From Eledone cirrhosa (taxonomy: Eukaryota), in assembly GCA_964016885.1 (NCBI GenBank), contig OZ024745.1, positions 27,962,001-28,026,000 on the forward strand: 64,000 bases of DNA. Reading direction: 5' to 3'. Each line of letters starts with the position of its first letter. The stretch's first letter is position 1. Below are positions 1-15,364 of the stretch, piece by piece. The notes under the pieces are model-generated. The model was not told the DNA's origin, searched no databases, and worked only from the letters and a program-made list of their open reading frames with translations. Position numbers and translations under genes: made by a program.

Positions 1-220
1 TCTCTTAATAGTAGTGTCACACCATAAGGAGTTTCTAACAGTTTATATAGATATACGTACGTACACATACACACAGATACATACACACTCACACAAGACT
101 CATATACACAATACACATACACACAGCACTCATATACACAACACACATATACATTCTCTCTCTCTCATTCTCTCTCACTCACACACGCGCTCGCACACAC
201 AACACACATAGACACACACA

Positions 221-224
<4 letters not shown>

Positions 225-274
<50 letters not shown>
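225..274. repeat. (CT)n microsatellite within a CA/CT-rich tract (60-300)
   Basis: Direct reading. Confidence 0.95.
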
Positions 275-298
<24 letters not shown>

Positions 299-1244
299 AA
301 GGCACACATATGTATATATATCGAATCAATGAAAATATAAAAATCATCCAACTAGTAGCTTTTTCCCATTGCCTTGATGCTACGAAATAGATCTCCTTAG
401 CTTGGTGTGATAGTGCGTCGCTTGTGAGGTTATGGAGACCTTAACAAAAGCATAATTTCTGACACGATACAAAATATGTTGACTCTGCGCCCGGAAAACA
501 AAATATTACCGACTCATGATACAACAATTCACTTATCTGTAGCGTTACTCTGTTATTTATTTCAGTAATTTGTAATTCTATACTTCGGGATTAATGACGT
601 GTCAAATGCTTAATAAATGCTGTTGAGGTGAATTATAATATTGATAGTCTTTTAAAAGACACTACATACTCATGCTTGGGGCTGAGGGGGATTTCATCAA
701 TCACAGAATAAATGTGAAGTCGATGCTGACATATCTTTTAAAAATTAAAAGTGTGAAATGTGCCACTATTTGCATGTAAACCATCTAGTCCGAGAATTTG
801 AGTCTATGCGAATGTAATATTATCAGTATATAAGCCAGATGTTTATAAAACATAATCAATATAGTCATGTGACGCAATTTATTTTAAGGAAAAGTATCTA
901 TCATTTTAGAATAGTAACATTTTTTTTTTTACTAATATACTGATTTGTATTACTTCTACTCTTGCACGTAAATTTAATCGAATGTCAAAATCGATTTGTC
1001 CAAGAATAATAGATGGTGAATAAAGTAGACTTATTATTTCATTTTACGGGGTCGATAAAATAAAATACCAGTAATACACTGGGTAATTGCTGGCCTTGTG
1101 CCAAAAAGTAGAAACAATTATTTCATTTATTTACTATTTTCGTAGATTTAACACAATTTTTCTCTTAATTCTTTCGTTACTACTCTCTTTGTTTTATACA
1201 CAATTTTATTACGAACATTTTATCTAGGTTTATAAAGTATACAT

Positions 1245-1877
1245 TAGTATCTACTATTGTCAGATATATTGATAACATCCGCCAGAGGTTAACCTTGCTT
1301 TTCATCCTTCCCAAGTCGACAAAATGAATATGGATCATCATAAGGCGGGCCCCACTACTAGAAAATCCAAGGCAATTAGGCGTGCTATTCAGAAAACCAA
1401 CGTAAAGCAATAGGGTCGATTTAATCGACTTTCCCCTCCCCTAAATCGACCCCATTGCTTTACGTTGGTTTTCTGAATAGCACGCCTAATTGCCTTGGAT
1501 TTTCTAGTAGTGGGGCCCGCCTTATGATGATCCATATTCTATGATTGCCCATGCCTGGCTTAAAGGGTCACACACCTCTGTCTGACATCCATTGTGTGTA
1601 CTGATATCTTGTGCACTGAAACGTGACCGTTAACATACTTCTGCGGGACAACTAAATAAGGTTCCTTTCATTTAGCACGTGATAATAGTCAAGTATTATT
1701 TTGGTTCTTTCTAGCTTAGGCATAACACCAGCAATTTCTTTTTAGTTGGGGGTTGTGGGATAAGTCAATTACATTGACCCCAAATGCTTGACTGGTACTT
1801 CATTTTGTCGAGTTGGGAAGGATGAAAAGCAAGGTTAACCTCTGGCGGATGTTATCAATATATTTGACAATAGTAGA

Positions 1878-1882
<5 letters not shown>
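1245..1882. repeat. Outer inverted repeat, 84-bp arms (1245-1328 / 1799-1882), partly SINE-derived
   Basis: tagtatctactattgtc...gacaaaatgaa versus ttcattttgtcgag...tagtagatacta. Confidence 0.9.
1326..1539. repeat. Near-perfect palindrome: 98-bp arms (1326-1423 / 1442-1539), 18-nt spacer
   Basis: gaatatggatcatcataaggcggg...gtcgattta is the reverse complement of taaatcgaccc...gatccatattc, with 1 mismatch. Confidence 0.95.
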
Positions 1883-1948
<66 letters not shown>

Positions 1949-1983
1949 ATGGTTTCTTATTCTAGTAGTAGTAGTAGTAGTAG
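1879..1983. repeat. (TAC)n switching to (TAG)n trinucleotide repeat
   Basis: Direct reading; the two halves are reverse complements. Confidence 0.9.
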
Positions 1984-2525
1984 GTGGCGGTAGTGGTGGC
2001 CATCTTCTGCATATCCGTTAGCTTCTTGCTATGTAAACTGATATCCATCTGCGTTCATTCATATCTTTCATTTTTATGTGTTTATGATTGTTATAAAAAC
2101 AAATGTAATGAATTATTTGTTTGAATTATATTCTCTGAGTGTTATATGTGAGATATTACTATCATATTCAAGAGATTTTATTTCTCTTCTACGATGTAAA
2201 TATGCATTTGATGAAAGTATCGGATTTTAAAAGCAAAGTTAACAGAGCACAAGTTTATAGCACAACAGACAGATAAGCAGTCGACAATTGATTCGTTCGT
2301 CCTCTGTCATCTATATTCTGTCGTGTCCATAGTGATCATGACACATAGCTAACAAACAACTGGATTCACAAAGCTTTTATTTTGTGATATAACTCCTCAC
2401 AGTAACAATAAATAGCGACAGTGCAGTGAAGTTCTCAAATGTTTCGCTCATTAACAGTACTTAGTTCAATCCCTTCCACAGGAAAATGTATCAATAATAG
2501 AGAGAGAAAGTGGAAGAGAGAGATA

Positions 2526-2583
<58 letters not shown>

Positions 2584-4165
2584 CCTATTTAGTGGAGAAA
2601 TTAATGCTCCATGGAAATGAAAATAAGCACAGGCTCTTTCAATTCATAAGATTAGCTTAGCCTTTGAAAAAAATATGTTCATAATTATCCCAATTACATA
2701 GAATGATGTTATACTAGTTAATATTCTGAGTGGAAATTTTTCTACCTTTTCTTGTTGATTTTTTATAATTATTCTTATAAATAATTATAACTATTTGTGT
2801 AATGTTATTGATATATTTTTCTGTAATACACACGATGTCAAATTTAGTAGGGACCTTCTCTACGATGTACCACAAGAAGTAGAAATTATCGGGGACCGAA
2901 TAGACTACGACTGGGATGGATACATGTCAGTTGACTCGTGCAATAGATGTTTGATAATACCATACCAAACACCTGTCGTGTATCTTTAATGTCCTTAATG
3001 TTGCCTGTCAAAACCAAGAAATTTTCACCTTGCACAAAAATTTGACCCCATTCGGTGCCCTACTCTCCACCTCGTTTGCTGAAGGTCGTGATAGATATTA
3101 AAATCCTTTGTGCGCGGTCTACCACTATTATAAAACAGACAGACAAATTATTGCTGGGAAATCATACACATCTGCCTAAAATCATGCGCTTATGTCAAAA
3201 ACTTCATTGTGGAATTGTTTCCACGTTACGCTTCTGCCACCTGAACAGTTTTCTCGTCTACTTTAGCTCTGACAACACATCAATGTGTAACCAAACATCG
3301 GAAAATTTTGGACAACATATTCTTTATCAGCTAACCTAAAATTACTCTACATAGATACGAACTAGTTGGGCCGATATCGAAGTCCACATTAATATATTCG
3401 AGAAATCTATTCACTCCTCTGAAATAACGCTATTGTTGCTGAAATGTTTAATATATGTATTATAAAACCGTACATGTATTCCCAAGTATCTTTCTTACAT
3501 GTAATTGGAATTTTTTCGCAGCATTTCTTTACTCAATGAATTAGAATGAAGACGTATAATTGTAAAACCTCTTTTTGAATCTTCTTTCGGTTTTTGAGTA
3601 GTATCAAGATTTATAATTTCTAAGAAAACTTTGCTTCGTATATGATGGTTTTTACATCATAATGCTTATTTATGTGGCGCTCTAACAACTCTACCAATCC
3701 ACCACACTTAATTGTATATTAATAATAAATGCTTTATTTTACCACAAGAACTATACAGACACAATCAATGACGTTTATTAATAAGAGTGTAGGAGTTGTA
3801 AAACAACTGAAAGATACTCTAACTTCCGCTAAAATATTATGAGTGGCGCTGTAAAGATAGAAGAAACAGACTTGTTATAGGTTAAGTGTTTAATAACCTG
3901 TGCCGCTTAACTTAAAATGCTAAGTTGTTATCTGCCTATAGTAACATATACTTTAGAGATAAATCCTTGAGATTACAATCTGGAATATAGGCTAATACAG
4001 AATCACTAGAATTGTTAGCTCCCCTGAAGAAACGTGCTTTTTCTGTAGATAGATATTTCAATAATATATCTGGTCACGTTAACATGATCTAATTTTGAGA
4101 GTGTCATACATAAATACATTCCCACATACATACACACGCATACACACATACACACACACATGCTC

Positions 4166-4198
<33 letters not shown>

Positions 4199-4199
4199 A

Positions 4200-4398
4200 T
4201 ATATTAATAAATGGAAACTATATTTATAAAACCATAATTATTTTATTATATATATTTCAAGGGCAACCAAGGCAAATTATGGTGCGCTTTCATCGGATAA
4301 AATAGATTTGTTTTATAAATAAATATTGACATACCCGGAAAAAGACCGTTATAAAAATGTTTAAGCTTGTTGAATCCCAACATATTAAATATAACCTC

Positions 4399-4400
<2 letters not shown>
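4200..4400 (-). mobile_element. Fragment of the HHR-bearing Penelope-type terminal repeat family also seen at 39.5-42.4 kb; HHR at 4239-4304 with CCGAUGA core variant
   Basis: Similar to 39815-40020. Minus strand reads tattttat-CCGATGA-aagcgcacca...ttggttgccctt-GAAA-tatata-TA-ataaaata. Confidence 0.75.
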
Positions 4401-4434
<34 letters not shown>

Positions 4435-4437
<3 letters not shown>

Positions 4438-4581
4438 CGAAGGAATTGTGATAAGGAACCAGATGGACCATAACGCACCAGAGTACTCAATACTTAGGGT
4501 AGTAGAGTGGGTAATAGGAAGAAGTATGAGTCCAGAAATAGCCGTCGAAACGGCTTGAGCTCTGCCGTCGGGGTCATACTT

Positions 4582-4588
<7 letters not shown>
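4435..4588 (-). mobile_element. Fold-back mini-element, copy 1 (Penelope-type 3' tail plus half hammerhead)
   Basis: Shares gaccataac..ccagagtactcaatacttagggtagtagagtggg and gtcgaaacggc..gccgtcggggtc with 62354-62550; flanked by (TA)n. Confidence 0.75.
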
Positions 4589-6396
<1,808 letters not shown>

Positions 6397-6452
6397 ATAT
6401 ATTTATATATATATATATACATACATATATATATATATACATATATATATAT

Positions 6453-6545
<93 letters not shown>

Positions 6546-7654
6546 TAAAATCGCCAAGCGGTTTCATTTTATGCCACAAGCCGAAACCGCTTGGCGCCGC
6601 AGTCCGGATTTTACATATCTCTATACCCACTCTGCATCTCCCCATGCTTTGAGTACTCCCATAATTAGTCACCACCGCAGACTATATACATTATTGTATC
6701 TTGTGAAAGTGACAACAGTAGTTCATATATTTAATTAATTAAGATTAAAACTTGAATCTTTTAAGAACTGTATGTAGCTTCCTGCTTACAACTAAATTCA
6801 GACATGCTATTCATAAAAATATTGATTATTAGTTTGTTGTTTTCCTATCGTTAGTTATACAAAACTCAATTCGATCTTAATATAATTTCAATAGTATATA
6901 ATTGTTCACTCACGGTGTAACATTTCAATCTAGAAGAGTCTATAGTCATCAGTGTTGATGTAAATAATTGTCATACTTCTCTCTTCGAAGTAAAACTAGG
7001 AACGCATTTCATTCGATGGGTATTTAATTTCACTTATGTAGCACACGCCCGTAGAAATGTCATAAACATGGTTACTATAAACTCGCTTTTCCCTGAATGC
7101 AATATAACTAATCTTCCATTGATTCTATATCATATTCCATTTTACGTAGCGTGTGTGAAAAAATAGTTTATCAGTTATAGCTTTCTCCTTAATCTATTCA
7201 GAATTAGAAAAAACACAATCCAATAAATACTTGTGCCTTTTGGCATTTTTCTTACAGAAATTCCATGTACAACCGAGAGTCTACATCTCCATAATGCAAA
7301 TTTCATTGTATTATGAAAATTGCTTTCTGAAAATTGTATTTGCTACAACATAGGATTTCCTCGGGAAATTAGTTAAGCGTTTAGTGGAAACTATTTCAGC
7401 AAGGAAACATATTTAAGCTTCCCAGGTTGTGCCGTCTATTATTCTGTAGAGGTGCAGTGTGAATGAGGTACACCACTAAAGAAAATAAACAACTTGTAAC
7501 AGCTTTGCTTGACACCTGGTTTCCCGGAAAGTTATCGTACATCTTTATATTGTGCTTTGTGAATGTACACACATACGTAGACTCAAATGTGTACCCACAG
7601 GTTTCCATACACGCTCATACAATTCTGTCATCCACTGTTTCCCGGAATAATAAT

Positions 7655-7975
7655 GATTTCTAATTTAGGGACGAGGACTGCAATTTGTGCGGAGGCGAAA
7701 ATCGATTAAATGATCCCTGTATGTGACTGGTACTTTATTTTATCGACCTCAAAAAGATGTGATTTGAACACGGAACGTAGAGAGTCGTAACTTATTGCTT
7801 TGCGTTATTTAGTTACAACTTTCTACGTTCTAAGTTCAAATCCCGCCAAAGACATCATTGCCTTTCATCCGTCCCAGGTCGATAAAATAAAATTCCAGTG
7901 AAGTACAGGGATCGATATAATCGACTTTCCTCTTTCCACAAATTGCTAGCCTTGTGTCAAGGCTAGAAATTTGCC
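7655..7975. mobile_element. Two diverged, oppositely oriented copies of the major tRNA-derived SINE
   Basis: ctggtactttattttatcgacc (-) and gttcaaatcccgcc..gcctttcatcc..gtcgataaaataaa (+). Confidence 0.75.
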
Positions 7976-8106
7976 AGAAATAATAAGGCTTGTTTACATA
8001 GGCAAGATTTTGGGGAAGGGCTGACACAAAAACACATATATATTTATATATACGTATACATGTGTATGAATGCATTATATAATATTTCTTTTATTCTCTT
8101 TTTCAG

Positions 8107-8654
8107 GTGACTTGTTTATCCTCGTCTATTCTATTGACAGCCGAGAGTCTTTCGAAGAAGCTATTCGACTACGAGAACAAATTTTGGAATGTAAAGGCCA
8201 CTGTGCTGGCTTAAAGAGTCAAAAGACATTGGATATCCCAATGGTGATTGTCGGTAACAAAGCTGACAAGGAAAGTGAAAGGGTTGTTGAAGCCTCAGAA
8301 GTGACTAAGCAGATAGAAGGGCAACATGGCTGCGCTTTTGTCGAATCATCAGCAAAAAAAAGCGTGAATGTTGATGAAGTATTTTTACGTTTATTTGAAA
8401 TTGCTAAACTCCCTTCAGAAATGAGTCCATCAATGCACCGCCGAGTTCAGCCAACATATATTGGCTCAACTAGTGGTAACAATCAAAGAAAAGGTATGTC
8501 TATTCGACGGAAAATGAGTGATGCTTGTGGAACTGTAGCACCAAATGTACGTAGACCAAGCATTAGAACTGACTTGCTTGTCGCTCAGACAAGGACAGGG
8601 CGCACTAAAACCTCACCAGATGGAGCACGGGAATCTAAATGTTTGATACAGTGA
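8107..8654 (+). CDS. RASD: Last coding exon of a RASD1/RASD2 (Dexras1/Rhes)-family small GTPase; exon 1 not seen in this window
   Basis: Polypyrimidine tract plus AG acceptor (ttattctcttttcag|G) at 8106, phase 1, giving G-DLFILVYSIDSRESFEE, the same junction as in vertebrate RASD1/2 (G|DVFILVFSLD). G4 VGNKAD, G5 ESSAK, conserved RRPS-x-x-x-DL motif, C-terminal CAAX CLIQ then TGA. Confidence 0.92.
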
Positions 8655-10969
8655 TCCTTCTGACAGGGAACTTTGCCGATAATATTCTCTCATATGTACG
8701 AATTGGAACATGATGCAAATGCATTCTGTAGTATACTCTATGTGTATCTATTCCTGAACAGACTAAAAACGTATCCATCACACAGAGATGATTTTCTTTA
8801 AAGTGACACACCAAAGTATATGTTTTCAAACGTTTTATATATTTTTATTTTTTTTGTAGACTGCTAGATCGGCTGTATTTTTCATCAACTGGTTGATATA
8901 TTTTTATTTATTCATCTATTTCCATAAGAAAAATATTAATTTTAACAAGTCTCAATTTTAGATTGAATTTCTTATTACTAAACAAAATTATTTTCAAATA
9001 TGATTCCATATTTTGTCACCAACCAAATGGTGTCGTAGTACTTTCAATTATGTAATTTAAGTACATGTAAATTAATCAGTTTGAAGGGCTCATAATTTGT
9101 AATATTCAAGATTTCAGATTAGGAAACAATTTTCATAAATACTTATTGCCAAATTTAATACATTTAATAACTATATGAAACCATATGTGATTTCCTTACT
9201 TTTATAAGTGATTACCATAGCAAATTAAATTATTTACACACATTTCACATCATATCAGGAATTGAATGTTAAAGACAATGGTAAGCTTTATAACTCATTA
9301 TCTTCAAGGAGTTGACAAAGAAAGCCCAGCTCCAGCTTCCAGCCTAGCGATCCTAGAATTTCTGTCTCTATCTATTTATTCACTCAGAAAGATTCTATCA
9401 ATTCCTGCCTTAAATTCATCCGCCATTTTCACACCCAAACCTACAAATAGAAGCGTTTTGAATCACTTATTAAACTGTGAGAAAAATCTATAAGTACTCT
9501 TCCACCATCCAAATTCTATTTCTTTTTATTTAAATGTTACCTTTGTAAACTGCAAGAGAAAAATATTTTTCGTAAAGAATTTAAAGCAAATTAAGCATGT
9601 TATCCATGCAAAATATTGGATAACCAGTGTGGAATCCTACTATATCCAACTAGGTCTTTATAAAACGCGATACAACAGCACTGCATTATGGGTGTCATTC
9701 TATTTTGGCTACGTATATAATCACTAACAATTTTGCTTAAAGCAATACTATTTTTTTAAGAGAAACACTGCTAATGATCTGTAGACACATTAATTCTGAA
9801 GACACTTTCATTTTCTTCATTTATTAACAAAGAAATATATAAAATATGAAGAGAACAGCTGGAATCCACAAAATATTTCTATTTTGAATAGTTGACCTTT
9901 TGCAGTTTATTTATTAGATTCTTTGTTGGACGCAAATATGTTTTTCTTTTCTTTTTCAAAAACCTTACTGAACATTTTAACCCTGACACTACAAGTATTT
10001 GTGGCAGGGATGTAGTATTCGTGGACATAAATGTACTCATGAATTCTATTTCCATTGTTTGATTTTCATTCTCATAATCTGATGACAGTCGAACAATTTT
10101 ATGTGACATCGTCAAACGACAGACACTATGTCATAAATTACATTTGCAGATCTACACAACACATATCTCATAGCCACACATTTCCACAGTTTCGTTTATA
10201 CAAATTTATATACATTTCCAAATTCCCTATTTGTATACACACAAAAAAAGTAAAAAATATGTGTATACAGAAATAATAAACGTCGGATTATGTACCTTAA
10301 CTCCGGGAATGAGAGTTAGGTGTATTATATTTTTCTAAAACAGAATGCATACTATCATTTTAATATTATAAGATCCCATAAAGAATGGGTTTTTTAAAGT
10401 AACAAACGTTGGGACTAATCTTTTCAATCTTTACAGTTTATCACTGGTATACAATATTATTTTAACGTTAACATCATTAATTTTTTTTTTTTTTTTTTTT
10501 TGTTCCTTCAAATATTATTTCACTTTCGATTCTCAGCATTATCCTGAGGGTGGCGGTGGTGATGACGTCTTTTTTTTTAAAGCTAACCAAATGATGATGA
10601 ACATAATGTTGAAGATGATGATAATTATAATGAGAAGGATGATGGAGCTAGTGAGGATGAGAATGGTGATGGTGATGGTGATGGTGATACCAGATAAACT
10701 ACAATCATTCCAGTTAATTGTTGACAAATCTATCATTAAGTTTATAACCAAAATTAAATTTCGTCTTTGCCAGGTTTTAGTAGCAATAATAAAAAATAAA
10801 GTATTGGTTGGCTTTACAGGAATATCTGACTGTTATAGTTATAACAAACCTAATACTATCCATTAAACAATTTCATTGTTGGAAACTGGCTATTATTCTT
10901 TCTTTTGTAGATAATTATTATTTGTAGCTGACACGAAACACTAAACACACACACATGCACACACACACA

Positions 10970-11000
<31 letters not shown>

Positions 11001-12169
11001 CACACACACACACACACATGCACATGCACACACACACACAAACATGCACACTCACACACACACACGCACGCACATGCGCACGTGCGCGCGCACACATACA
11101 CACACGCGATTAAAGTTTGTTATTTTAAAGATAAAACATACAATGTTAACAATAACGGTTTATTTTTTACTAGACCATGTATACGTCAATGATCATGTTA
11201 CTGTCAGTGATCATAAAGATTCTAGAAACGTCACAAGTAATTTGTTTTATAAATTTTGGAACGGAAATTCACAAATTTGATGAAATGGTACATGATCGAC
11301 TGAATCTACAGCAGAACTCAACTGGTTCTTATTTTGTTGATTATAAAAGGATGGAAAGTAAAATCGATTCCAGTGAGCGTTGAAACATTCTTGGCCGCCG
11401 GACCACATCCCTGCTCACTGCTATGGGAGCGGAGTTCGCTGCTTGCAAGTGCGAGTTCTGCGAGATGGAGTGGCTGTCCTAGCATGCCCCCCTCGCAATC
11501 ATCCGAGGGTGTGTATTCTGCATTCTGTTGGCTGGGACCAAGAGGTGTAGAGTAAGATAGTTGGAGGTAGAGGATACTTGTTCTGGCGTCACACATATAC
11601 ACACATACACAAACCTCTTACACAGTAAAAGCTTAGAATTAGTTAGACAGAGATGGTATGACCCGCCAGCTCAATAGAATAGTTAATTCGCCCGACGGAA
11701 AACCTGTTATCAATAATGCATGAATTTACAGCATAAAATAAATATATAAACAAATAAACAAGTAATAAATAAAGGGGTGGCTGTGTTGTCAAGACGTCTG
11801 CTTCATAACTACGTAAACTATCGTAGCCTAAATTCATCTCACCTGCATTTGTCTCATTCTGGGTTGGAAATCAATATTATTTTACTAACAAGTTCCTGAT
11901 AAGTTGTCAGCGTAAATGACTTTGGTTTTTCATAAATATACATAAAATAAGGAACAATAGTTATAGATAGAACGCATGACGGGAGTAAATTAGCTATACT
12001 ATCCATACATTAGTTTTAAAAAATGAAATTAGTTAATTGAAATAGCTTTAAACACAGATCAACGTGTCTGGTTGTGTATGCCGAGAGAATTTGAATATAG
12101 TCACTATATCTTAGTTTCACTTTTTTCTCTTTATTCCTTGAGCATGACGTCTTATTTCGCATTGCTCTT

Positions 12170-13540
12170 CTTCTTCACCTACATATTCCTGGGAGGGTCG
12201 TGGGGACAGAGTCATCAGACACGTCTGCCAGACATTCCAATGAGAAACAACCGTTTCCAATTCATCCGGCTGGATTCCCAAGCGAAACAAACCGAGCTTA
12301 TGGATGTTGTCCGACCAGCTTGCTCGTTATATAACTCTGGGTCTCCTGTCGGTCGGCGGCTTCGCTGATAAAATTTGTTCTGTTATTCTTTATTTAGACA
12401 TTCTTACCACATGTCTGTAGTATCAAAGCTGTGATTTCTCAAGCCTGAGAAATAGCAACTATACCTGGAGTAACGCCCATATCTTCGCGTACGTACCCCA
12501 TCAGGTAACGTCACTCCGAAAACCCTCGTACTCTTTCGTTCGTTTTCCAAAATTCATGATCACAGGTAAGGGTAGGCAGGAACTCTGAAAGGAAGATTGC
12601 GAATTTAGCTTTTACATCTACCACCCTTCTTCTGATGACCGAGGAGTGAAGCTAGCGCAATACTGCACCATATGCAGGACTTATTCCATTCAATTCAGCC
12701 TCTTACCTTCCATTACTCGTGAAAGCGGCCCTGAGATACTCGACCCTCTCCACCTGTTTCAGTGTATCTCCACTTACATCCAGAGTGCATTGCACAGGCA
12801 TTCTTGAGAAGATGAATATTTCAGTTTTCGCAACACTGATTTTCATTCCTGCAGTACAACACAACTAGTCAAACCTATCTAGTCCGACACATATATTGAA
12901 TAGTTTAGATTTAGGACCATTTATCCGAACACAAATACTTCAGCATTCGTATTGGGACTTAATAGCAACAAAGGGCTATCCACTGATGCAGTCAGAGGTT
13001 AAAGATACTTTCCGAGCACAGAAGAAGGCTTACAAAGCTTGACGTAGACATGGGTTTTCATTCTTACACTGAAAGTAAAAGCCGGCGCGAAATGTTGCAG
13101 AAGAAACAGTAATGGCGTCTGAAGTTAAGAGACATGGGAGGGCTTTGTGGTTAAGCTGGAAACCGACTTTAGATCAGCAAATAAAGTATTCTGGCAAACC
13201 ATCCGCCGACTTCGTAATAAGAAGTCCCACGCTACGCCTGCAATCAGGAACTCGTCTGGGGTTCTTATCTCTTCAGTGAGGTACGTCTTCCTAAATCAGA
13301 TCATAACAACATCTTCTGATGTTATTGACGTATATAGGTGTGAAGATGGACCTCACGAAGTTTGAGGTCACCAGAGTTATTAAAGCAATCAAATACGGCA
13401 AGGCCTCGTGGGAGGATTATATTCGGGCCGTGACGTTAAAAGCCTTAAATAACTAACATATTCTCTTATTAACTCATGTGTGCTGGGGGGGGGGGGGGGG
13501 GCTGGATATCTGGAAAGGCACAACAGCAATATGGAGGAAT
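12170..13540. mobile_element. Decayed RTE-clade LINE: RT C-terminal part on minus strand (~12170-12890) and pre-RT linker on plus strand (~12970-13540)
   Basis: Minus: QVERVEYLRAAFTSNG and YRHVVRM. Plus: KLETDFRSANKVFWQTIRRLR and GKASWED..R...LKAL. Many stops and frameshifts. Confidence 0.7.
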
Positions 13541-13626
13541 CCCCTAGTTAAGACAGCCGGGTAATTTCTGTGTTAAGTGTATGAGAAAGAGATGCAGGGA
13601 TATTGTCGTGGCCAAGCTACCTGATG

Positions 13627-13959
<333 letters not shown>

Positions 13960-15095
13960 GTATGGGGTGGATTTTTAATCCTCTCAGCAAAGAGATTTTA
14001 TAATTTGTCATGATCACTTATCCCCACCATCAAATCAACCACAATTGTTATTCATCACCATCATCATCATCATCATTACTAGTAGTAGTTGTTTCTGAAT
14101 TAATAATACGTGTTCATGAAGTCAACTCTATGATCGATAGACGTATAATATGTGGTAGAAATTAAGCTAGGCTTAAAATTATCTGGAGTTCCGGTTTCTT
14201 TCTTCCACGCACATAAGCTGCAATATTCTTCTAGAGTAAGTTTGTAAACAATTTGGATATTCGCGTGACTAGAAGCAGAACCTATCCATATTATATTGTA
14301 GCAATCCACCTGATGTGAAACGAATAAATAAGATTGTGGTAAAACGATATAATGACATATTGGTCGTGAACCACTTACCCGGTGATCAATCATAGTGTAG
14401 GTATTGGAAGATAAATATTCTATTGTAATCGATTGAATATCAGAACTAATTTTTTAGTCATTCACATCCAATATTTTGTTTGAATAAATCTTAACAATTA
14501 TAAATATGTCTATCACCCCTTAGTATCTTTTGAAACATAAATATATTTTATAACAGTTGTGCATTTAAATAACAAACTCCGTATGTTGGAAATTGTGTAA
14601 TTACTACCAAGCTGGATGATCTAATCGTAATAATTTAGATGAATATTGTATAATATGTAAATGACTAGAATAAAGCAGGGACATTATAACAGAAAATAAT
14701 TTTAATGGTTGTAATACATAATTTACTAATGTTTGATTTCTGAGAATCACTAATTATCATCTAAGAACTGAGAAACAATAAAATTTGCATTATTTATTTG
14801 TGAAGAAATGTACAGTTACCAACTTGTTTATTTATATATTCAAATTATCTAATGCTGTTACTTTACAACTTTACAAAAAATGTAGTTGTTATTATTTTTT
14901 TATAAACGTTATCTAAACGTTCGTTTGCAAATGTAATTTATACCATTTTATTGCTTTACGGAACAAGTACGCAGTAGAAACTTATTAAATTAGTTTGTTA
15001 AGTTAGTTCAATACAAACATAATACATACATATTGCCATAACTCTTTTTTTACCCGTATTTACTCTTGGAATATATACACTATATATTTACTCTT

Positions 15096-15132
<37 letters not shown>

Positions 15133-15267
15133 GTATCACATGAGTAAATATATATATATATTCCTTCCATATATATATATTCCACTGTACCGATTGTGTT
15201 GTTATTTCTGTTTACCTTTTACATATATATATATATGTATATATATATAAATATATATATGTATATA

Positions 15268-15364
<97 letters not shown>

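Noticed and set aside
8070-8106. ATG start of the 194-aa ORF
   Set aside because: Intronic sequence upstream of the splice acceptor; the G1-G3 motifs are missing, so the true start is in an upstream exon.
10275-10280. AATAAA as the RASD polyadenylation signal
   Set aside because: Plausible, but the hexamer is too frequent in this AT-rich DNA to assign without transcript data.
12631-12660. CTGATGA as a hammerhead core (similarly 10079, 13621, 37376, 39129-39136 minus, 45780)
   Set aside because: No properly placed GAAA/stem III/NUH with a closing stem I.
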